DNA of 16,058 nucleotides from Giardia intestinalis (Eukaryota): NCBI GenBank assembly GCA_000002435.2, contig AACB03000008.1; one strand, 5' to 3'. Shown piece by piece: positions 7,630 to 14,494 of this stretch (position 1 is its first letter; each line of letters starts with the position of its first letter). The notes under the pieces were generated by a model. It saw only the letters and a program-made list of their open reading frames with translations, ran no database searches and was not told where the DNA came from. The position numbers and the translations under genes were made by a program.

Positions 7630-9393
7630 TGGAGTGAGATATGCACAAAGGCTGAGGGAGGACTGTGCACTGCTTGTAAGACAGCTAACGGCCTGTTCAA
7701 GAACCCGGCTGCAACACCAGAGAAGGGTAGTGAGTGCATACTGTGCTCTGATACGACAGATAGAAACGGGGTCATGGGAGTCGCTGGATGCTCAGAATGC
7801 TCCCACACGGGCACTAGCGGACCGGCCACGTGTACAGAGTGTCAAGCAGGGTTCGTTACGAAGGACAGTGCATGTGTGAAGTGCGGAGACGGCTGCTCTG
7901 CTTGCTCAGCTGATACTCCGACTCAGTGTACCGCCTGCGTTGAGGGGAAGTTCCTGAAGGATGGTAACACTTGTGTAGAGGCTACTGAATGTGGTGCTGA
8001 TAAGTACGCAGACAAGAAGACCTGGACCTGCAAGGCATGTGATCCCGACATAGCTGGGTGCACCGCATGTGAATATAATGATGCCACGGGGAAGCCAAGG
8101 TGCACCAACTGCGGGACCAATAAGACCCCCAGGACGACCCTTGATGGGACCTCGACCTGTGTGACAAAAGACTACGCCGGGTGTCAAGGAGCTGATAACG
8201 GTCTCTTTATGACCGAAGACAACGTGTGTCGTTTGTGCAGTGATCCCGCAGCGTCGGATTCAGAACCAAAGAACAAAGGCATTGCCGGCTGCAAGACATG
8301 TACTAAGCAGCAAAGTCAGAAACCAGAATGCATAGAATGCCTCGAAGGGTATATCAAAGAAGGAAATGGCCCTGCCGCCACGTGTGAGGCCTGTGGTGCT
8401 AACTGTGCCACATGTTCTGAAAAAGCTGACAAGACCAAATGCCAAACCTGCAAGACCGGGTTCTTCCTGAAGGTCAGTAGCACTCCTGGAGAATGCTTCG
8501 CCTGCGATGACACAAACAATGGGGGCATCGAGGGGTGCTCCCAATGCACAATGGAGGCCAGTACTTTCAAGTGTACTGACTGTAAGGTGAACTATCGCAA
8601 GCAGAGTGGTACCAGTCCTGTTACATGTACAAAGGTATGTGAAGATGATACTGCCTGTGGGGGTACCTCTGGTGCTTGTGATGCCATGATAATAGATGAT
8701 CAGGGCACCACAAAGCACTACTGTTCATACTGTGGGGATAGCAGTAAGTATCCTATAGATGGTCTCTGTGCTAGTGAGGCTCAAAGTAATACTTGTAACA
8801 ACCATGTCTGTGAGTCTTGTACTACAGGATATTTCTTATATATGGGTGGTTGTTATAGCACTCAGAGTCCACCTGGACAACATATGTGCAAGACAGCAGC
8901 CAACGGTGTCTGTACCGCTGTTAATGAGAATAATAAGTACTTCCTGGTACCAGGGGCATCCAATGCTCAGCAGTCCGTGTTGGCATGTAGTAACCCCCTA
9001 GGCACACTAGTAGATCCTCAAGGTACCGCTAAGGCATATGTGGGGGTACATGGCTGCTCCCAGTGTACAGCCCCAGCAGCTCTAACAACAGTTGGTATGG
9101 CTGCCGCTGTGTGTACTGCCTGTGACAGTGGTAAGGTGCCCAACAAGGACGGCAGTGGGTGTGTGACATGCTCTGTGGGTGATTGCAAGAGCTGTGTGGT
9201 GGATGATGTGTGTGAGGAGTGCAACAGTGGCTTCAGCCTAGACAGCAGTGGGGCCTCCTGTGTGTCCTCTGGCGCCAACAGGAGCGGGCTCTCCACGGGG
9301 GCCATCGCGGGGATCTCCGTCGCTGTGGTCGCTGTCGTGGGGGGCCTCGTGGGCTTCCTCTGCTGGTGGTTCGTGTGCAGGGGGAAGGCGTGA
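7630..9393 (+). CDS. VSP-family protein, unit 5 (588 codons including stop). The frame is open from 7630. The first in-frame ATG is internal at 7774, with no signal peptide after it
   Basis: The frame reads WSEICTKAEGGLCTACKTANGLFKNPAATPEKGSECILCSDTTDRNGV-MGVAGC... with no stop between 7630 and the ORF-track start 7774. Ends ...NRSGLSTGAIAGISVAVVAVVGGLVGFLCWWFVCRGKA*. Has a GGCY motif. Confidence 0.75.
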   Translation, partial: WSEICTKAEGGLCTACKTANGLFKNPAATPEKGSECILCSDTTDRNGVMGVAGCSECSHTGTSGPATCTECQAGFVTKDSACVKCGDGCSACSADTPTQCTACVEGKFLKDGNTCVEATECGADKYADKKTWTCKACDPDIAGCTACEYNDATGKPRCTNCGTNKTPRTTLDGTSTCVTKDYAGCQGADNGLFMTEDNVCRLCSDPAASDSEPKNKGIAGCKTCTKQQSQKPECIECLEGYIKEGNGPAATCEACGANCATCSEKADKTKCQTCKTGFFLKVSSTPGECFACDDTNNGGIEGCSQCTMEASTFKCTDCKVNYRKQSGTSPVTCTKVCEDDTACGGTSGACDAMIIDDQGTTKHYCSYCGDSSKYPIDGLCASEAQSNTCNNHVCESCTTGYFLYMGGCYSTQSPPGQHMCKTAANGVCTAVNENNKYFLVPGASNAQQSVLACSNPLGTLVDPQGTAKAYVGVHGCSQCTAPAALTTVGMAAAVCTACDSGKVPNKDGSGCVTCSVGDCKSCVVDDVCEECNSGFSLDSSGASCVSSGANRSGLSTGAIAGISVAVVAVVGGLVGFLCWWFVCRGKA

Positions 9394-9444
9394 CTTGGGT
9401 AGTGAATGCTGTACAATGTGTGATAGAGGGTGATAGTATGATAG
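9394..9444 (+). repeat. Intergenic spacer 5: poly(A) motif + GTGATAG (9420-9426, 9430-9436) + ATGATAG (9438-9444)
   Basis: Direct reading. TAG 9442-9444 is in frame with unit 6. Confidence 0.7.
9401..9407 (+). terminator. poly(A) signal AGTGAAT
   Basis: 8 nt after TGA 9391-9393. Confidence 0.7.
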
Positions 9445-11275
9445 TGGAGTGAGATATGCACAAAGGCTGAGGGAGGACTGTGCACTGCTTGTAATACAGA
9501 TAGTCAGTACATATTCCAGAATGGGGCAGACAAGGTGACCCCTGGTGGGGAGTGCATCCTCTGTCATGATGCCACAGGAGCGAATGAGAACAAGGGAGTG
9601 GCCAACTGTCTCAAGTGCACGGCACCTGGTGGCAATACAGGAGCGGCCACGTGCACCGAGTGTCAAGATGGGTACTACATGGACTCTCAGGCATGTACCA
9701 AATGTGATGGTACTTGTCTGACCTGTGAGACATCGGCGACCCAGTGTACCTCTTGTAAGGGAAATACGTTCCTGAAGGATAATGCATGCGTGAATAGTGA
9801 TGGATGCACTGGAAACACTTATGCTGACCCTATGACAATGACATGCAAGGAGTCTGGTATAGCAGATTGCACCGCGTGTGAGTACAACACGACTGTCAGC
9901 AAGCCCCAGTGCACCGCCTGTAACAATAAGAAGGTGAAGACAGAGCTGGATGGGACAACCACTTGCGTCGATGATGCTGGGTGCGCAACAGATAACGTCG
10001 ACGGATCCCACTTTCTGAGTGATGATAGCACCAAGTGCATATTATGCAGTGATACAACAACAGGAACAGAAGCAAACGACAAGGGGATTGCTAATTGTAA
10101 AACGTGTAAGAAGAACGGAGCCAAGCCGACCTGCTCAGCTTGCCTCGACGGATACTTTGGTTCTGATACATGCACAGCTTGCGGTGCCAACTGTGCTACA
10201 TGCTCTGCTGCTGGCAATGATCAGTGCACTAAATGCAAGCCTGGATTCTTCATGAAACAACCCGGCTCTGCTGGTAAGTGCTTCGCCTGCGACAGTAAAG
10301 CCGACAATGGCATCGAGGGGTGCTCCCAATGTAACAGCGGCCTAACCCCTACATGCACCGATTGCAAGTCCAACTATCGCAAGGAGGGAACCAATCCGGT
10401 GAAGTGCACAAAGGCCTGCGAGGACCCCACGGCCTGCGGGGGGACGTCTGGGGCCTGCGGGGCGGTCGTCGTTGACAGCGCCGGGGCGTTCTCCCAGTAC
10501 TGCTCGCTGTGCGGAGACCCCGCCACGTTCCCCATCGATGGGATCTGCACAGGAACTAAGGGTGACAACACCTGTGCCAATGGCGTCTGCACCCGGTGTG
10601 CTGCCGGGTTCTTCCTGTACATGGGCGGCTGCTATGATGTGTCGAAGGCTCCTGGCAGCCACATGTGCAAGACTGCCGAGGGAGGGAGGTGCACCGCCCC
10701 CAGCGAGAACGGCCGGTACTTCCTGGTCCCGGGGGCATCCAATACTGATCAGTCTGTCCTGGCCTGCGAGAACCCCCTAGGCACACTAGTAGGCACTGGT
10801 GATACCTCTAAGGCATATGTGGGGGTAGATGGCTGTTCGGCATGTACGGCCCCAGCAGCTCCATCTGAGACTGGTATGACTGCTGCTGTGTGTACAGCGT
10901 GTACCAACAACAACAAGCCCAACCTGGCTGGGAGCGGGTGCTTCGCATGTACCGTTGACGGATGCTCGCACTGTGGAGCAGGCGGTAAGTGCGAGGCCTG
11001 TACCAGTAAAGACCAGAGGCCGAACACAGACGGAACGAAGTGCATCGCCTGCAATATCGACGGGTGCGTCAGGTGCAGCGAGGAGAACAAGTGCGGCCAG
11101 TGTGGGGACGACTACAGGCTGGAGGGTGAGGCGTGCGTGTCCACCAAGCCCAGCGGGGGCAACAGAAGCGGCCTCAGTACTGGTGCCATAGCAGGGATCT
11201 CCGTGGCTGTCATCGCTGTCGTGGGGGGCCTCGTGGGCTTCCTTGTGGTGGTTCGTGTGCAGGGGGAAGGCGTGA
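9445..11275 (+). pseudogene. VSP-family unit 6, a mosaic of unit-5-type 5' 40 nt, unit-4 body and unit-1-type tail. A net 2-nt deletion near 11244-11247 destroys the TM end and CRGKA tail. The ORF reads through the spacer to 11325
   Basis: Units 1/3 have GGCTTCCTCTGCTGGTGGTTCGTG and unit 6 has GGCTTCCTTGTGGTGGTTCGTG. The translation becomes ...GLVGFLVVVRVQGEGVTWVVNAVQWVIVCDRG* instead of ...GFLCWWFVCRGKA*. The canonical TGA would be 11273-11275. Confidence 0.6.
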
Positions 11276-11353
11276 CTTGGGTAGTGAATGCTGTACAATG
11301 GGTGATAGTGTGTGATAGAGGGTGATAGTGTGATGATAGTGTGATAGTGGAGT
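11276..11353 (+). repeat. Intergenic spacer 6 (longest): poly(A) motif + 5 GTGATAG heptamers plus a GTGATGATAG variant (11326-11335) + TGGAGT
   Basis: GTGATAG at 11301-11307, 11311-11317, 11322-11328 and 11341-11347, plus GTGATGATAG. Copy number differs from other spacers. Confidence 0.65.
11283..11289 (+). terminator. poly(A) signal AGTGAAT
   Basis: 8 nt after the canonical stop position 11273-11275. Confidence 0.65.
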
Positions 11354-14300
11354 GTGATATGCACAAAGGCCAGTAGTGGAGTGTGCACTGCTTGTAAGGC
11401 AGATAACGGCCTGTTCAAGAACCCGGCTGCAACACCAGAGAAGGGTAGCGAGTGCATCCTCTGTCATGATGTCAATGGGGCAGATGGATATACAGGGGTG
11501 GCTAACTGCGCCACATGTACGGCACCAAGTGGTAGTCCAGGAGCGGCCACGTGTGATACCTGCAGAGATGGATACTATAAGAACGCTCAGACATGTGAGA
11601 AGTGCCAAGGGAACTGTGCCACCTGTGAGACTGAGGCGACCCACTGTACCTCTTGTAAGGGAAATACGTTCCTGAAGACTGATACTAACACTTGCGTAGA
11701 GGCTGGTCAATGCACTGGAAATAAGTACCCCGACCCAAGCACCGGCAAGTGCACAGCTTGTAACGCTCAAGAAGTGGGGATAGATGGATGCGACACATGT
11801 GAGTATGATACGACGCTGCAGAAGCCGAAGTGCCTGACATGTACTGGTAAGATAGTCAAAGAAGAGGCCGACGGGACGACCACCTGCATTGCTGAGGGGG
11901 CTTGTACCCAAAACGGGAACGATGGTCCGAACTTTCTAACTGAACCGAACAAAAAGTGCATTCTCTGCAGTAATAATGTAGATTCAACCCCTGGCAATAC
12001 AGGTGTTCTTGGTTGTAGCACATGCTCTAAAGCTAATTCTGGTACAAATCCTCAGTGCAAGACATGCCTCGACGGATACTACAATAGCGCAAATAGTGGT
12101 AGTGGTACCGCTACATGCACAGTCTGTGGCGAGAATTGCGCCACCTGCACTCAAGCTGGCAATAATCAGTGTACTAAATGCAAGCCTGGATTCTTCATGA
12201 AAGGCAGTGGTCCTACTGGTGAGTGCCTTCCTTGTGATAATGCACAGGAGGGCATCGATGGATGTGCTGAGTGCACTGGTCCTGCAGGATCCCTCAAGTG
12301 TACAAAGTGCAAGCCTAACAGGAAGCCCGTTGGAACCTCAGACAACTATACATGCACAGAGAAGACCTGCGAGGATGAGACTGCGTGTGGTGGTACCTCT
12401 GGAGCTTGCAATGCCATAGTAATTGATACTGATGGCAACACAAAGCACTACTGTTCATACTGTGGAGATAGCTCACAAGCTCCTATCGATGGTCTCTGTG
12501 CTACTGATAAGAAAGGCAATACTGCTTGCACTAGTCATACCTGTCCCTCTTGTGCTGCTAACTACTTCCTCTATATGAACGGCTGTTATAGTGTATCAGC
12601 TCAACCTGGCAACTACATGTGCAAGAAAGCAGATAATAATGGGATATGCACAGAGGCGGCCAACAATAAGTACTTCATAGTCCCAGGGGCATCCAATCAG
12701 AATCAGTCTGTACTAGCATGTGGTAACCCCCTAGGCACACTAGTAGATACTAAGGCATACGTGGGGGTCGAGGGCTGCTCCCAGTGTACAGCCCCAGTAG
12801 CTCTAACAACAGTTGGTATGACTGTCGCTGTGTGTACTGCCTGTGACAGTGGTAAGAAGCCCAACAAGGGTGGTAGTGGGTGTGTGACATGCTCTGTGGG
12901 TGATTGCAAGAGCTGTGTGGTGGACAATATATGTGGGGAGTGTGTTGATGGATTCTACTTTAAAGCTGGCGATGCACCCAGCTGTGTTAGCGCAGAGGCG
13001 TGTACTAATGAGGAGGGCTTCTTCATCGACGCTACCGAGAAGAAGTGCACCGCGTGTGCAGATGATAATTGCGCTGTGTGCGTGGCCAAGGAGCAACAGA
13101 AGTGCAGCCTGTGTAAAACGTCTGGGACCAAGAAGTACCTGAAGAAGGATGGCGAGTCCACAACCGGCACGTGCGTTGACACAGCTGGTTGTCCGGCAAC
13201 CCACTACGTTGATGAAGAAGCAAAGGAGTGCAATACATGTGTGTCGGCTGGAACAACTGACTGCACCACTTGTGAGAAAGGCGCCAACGGAGTGGTTTGT
13301 AAGACGTGTACGACTGATACGAAGACCATCTTTGGTCTCAACAGAAAGTCGTGCGTTGCTAGTTGCCCTGCTAACTCTACCCCCAAGGCCACCGGACAGG
13401 ATAGCCAAGTGTGCGAGTGCAACGAAGGACTCCAACCTAATACTGAATCGACTGAATGCCAACCAATCAGTAACTGTAACACAGAGCACTGTTTGGAGTG
13501 CACCAGTGAAGGTGCCGATAAGGAGGTCTGTACAAAGTGTCTGTCTGAGTACTACCTCACCCCAACCAGTCAATGCGTATCTGACTGCACGACCCTCAAG
13601 GGCTACTACGGAAATGACACTGACAGAAAGTGCAAGAAGTGCAACGATGCGTGCGTAGAGTGCAAGGGTGAGGGCGCTGATAAGTGTACGGCTTGTCCTG
13701 CTGGGAGGATGCTTCAGTATACAGATGCTGATACTCCTGCCAATGGGGGCACGTGCATGAACCAGTGCAGCGTGAGTTCTACAAACGATGGATGCGCAGA
13801 GTGTGGGGCTCAGATAGGAGGAACTGCATACTGCTCAAAGTGCAAGAACACTCAACAGGCACCACTGGATGGCAACTGTGCGGCCAATACGCGAACACGA
13901 TTTTGCACTACGGTGAGTAATGGAGCATGCACTCAATGTGAAAATAACTACTTCCTCAAAGATGGCGGTTGCTATCAGACAGATAGACAGCCTGGCAAGC
14001 AAGTGTGTACTACAGTGCAGGGAGGAAAATGTACAAAATGTGCCAGTGGTCTAACGGCTGATAATGGCGATTGTTCCAATAAAAGGTGCCATCTTAGCTG
14101 CGAGACATGCACGGCTGCTAACGACGCTAACGCCTGTGCTACATGCAGCACTGGATATTACAAACCGCAGAGTGCTGGGACAAAGTGTAATCCGTGCTCT
14201 GAGGGGCTCGCTGGGTGCAGGCAGTGCACGGTGTCATCCACCGGTGCGTTCATGTGCTTCGTGATGGGCGACGGCACTGGCGACAACACCGGCGGAAGCG

Positions 14301-14419
14301 TCAACAAGAGCGGGCTCTCCACGGGGGCCATCGCGGGCATCTCCGTGGCTGTGGTCGTTGTCGTGGGGGGCCTCGTGGGCTTCCTCTGCTGGTGGTTCAT
14401 ATGTAGAGGGAAGGCGTGA
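11354..14419 (+). CDS. Double-length VSP-family protein, unit 7 (1021 codons) with two GGCY-type cores. No in-frame ATG or signal peptide
   Basis: The first core has YFLYMNGCYSV (about 12556-12590) and ends ...CKSCVVDNICGEC. That position precedes the TM in unit 5 but here continues into a second Cys-rich body with YFLKDGGCYQTD (about 13948-13983). It ends ...NKSGLSTGAIAGISVAVVVVVGGLVGFLCWWFICRGKA* at 14419. Confidence 0.8.
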   Translation: MICTKASSGVCTACKADNGLFKNPAATPEKGSECILCHDVNGADGYTGVANCATCTAPSGSPGAATCDTCRDGYYKNAQTCEKCQGNCATCETEATHCTSCKGNTFLKTDTNTCVEAGQCTGNKYPDPSTGKCTACNAQEVGIDGCDTCEYDTTLQKPKCLTCTGKIVKEEADGTTTCIAEGACTQNGNDGPNFLTEPNKKCILCSNNVDSTPGNTGVLGCSTCSKANSGTNPQCKTCLDGYYNSANSGSGTATCTVCGENCATCTQAGNNQCTKCKPGFFMKGSGPTGECLPCDNAQEGIDGCAECTGPAGSLKCTKCKPNRKPVGTSDNYTCTEKTCEDETACGGTSGACNAIVIDTDGNTKHYCSYCGDSSQAPIDGLCATDKKGNTACTSHTCPSCAANYFLYMNGCYSVSAQPGNYMCKKADNNGICTEAANNKYFIVPGASNQNQSVLACGNPLGTLVDTKAYVGVEGCSQCTAPVALTTVGMTVAVCTACDSGKKPNKGGSGCVTCSVGDCKSCVVDNICGECVDGFYFKAGDAPSCVSAEACTNEEGFFIDATEKKCTACADDNCAVCVAKEQQKCSLCKTSGTKKYLKKDGESTTGTCVDTAGCPATHYVDEEAKECNTCVSAGTTDCTTCEKGANGVVCKTCTTDTKTIFGLNRKSCVASCPANSTPKATGQDSQVCECNEGLQPNTESTECQPISNCNTEHCLECTSEGADKEVCTKCLSEYYLTPTSQCVSDCTTLKGYYGNDTDRKCKKCNDACVECKGEGADKCTACPAGRMLQYTDADTPANGGTCMNQCSVSSTNDGCAECGAQIGGTAYCSKCKNTQQAPLDGNCAANTRTRFCTTVSNGACTQCENNYFLKDGGCYQTDRQPGKQVCTTVQGGKCTKCASGLTADNGDCSNKRCHLSCETCTAANDANACATCSTGYYKPQSAGTKCNPCSEGLAGCRQCTVSSTGAFMCFVMGDGTGDNTGGSVNKSGLSTGAIAGISVAVVVVVGGLVGFLCWWFICRGKA

Positions 14420-14494
14420 CTTAGGTAGTGAATGCTGTACAATGTGTGATAGAAGGTGATAGTGGGTGATAATGGGTGATAGTGATAGTGGAGT
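14420..14494 (+). repeat. Intergenic spacer 7: ACTTAGGTAGTGAAT + 5 heptamers (GTGATAG/GTGATAA) + TGGAGT
   Basis: GTGATAG at 14445-14451 and 14455-14461, GTGATAA at 14465-14471, GTGATAG at 14475-14481, and TGATAGTGATAG overlapping. Confidence 0.65.
14427..14433 (+). terminator. poly(A) signal AGTGAAT inside ACTTAGGTAGTGAAT
   Basis: 8 nt after TGA 14417-14419. Confidence 0.7.

Noticed and set aside
7774-9393. Taking ATG 7774 (MGVAGCSEC...) as the true start of unit 5
   Set aside because: The same frame is open for 48 further codons upstream, back to TAG 7627-7629. Those codons are homologous to the N-termini of the other units, and no hydrophobic signal peptide follows this Met. It is an internal methionine, not a credible initiation site.
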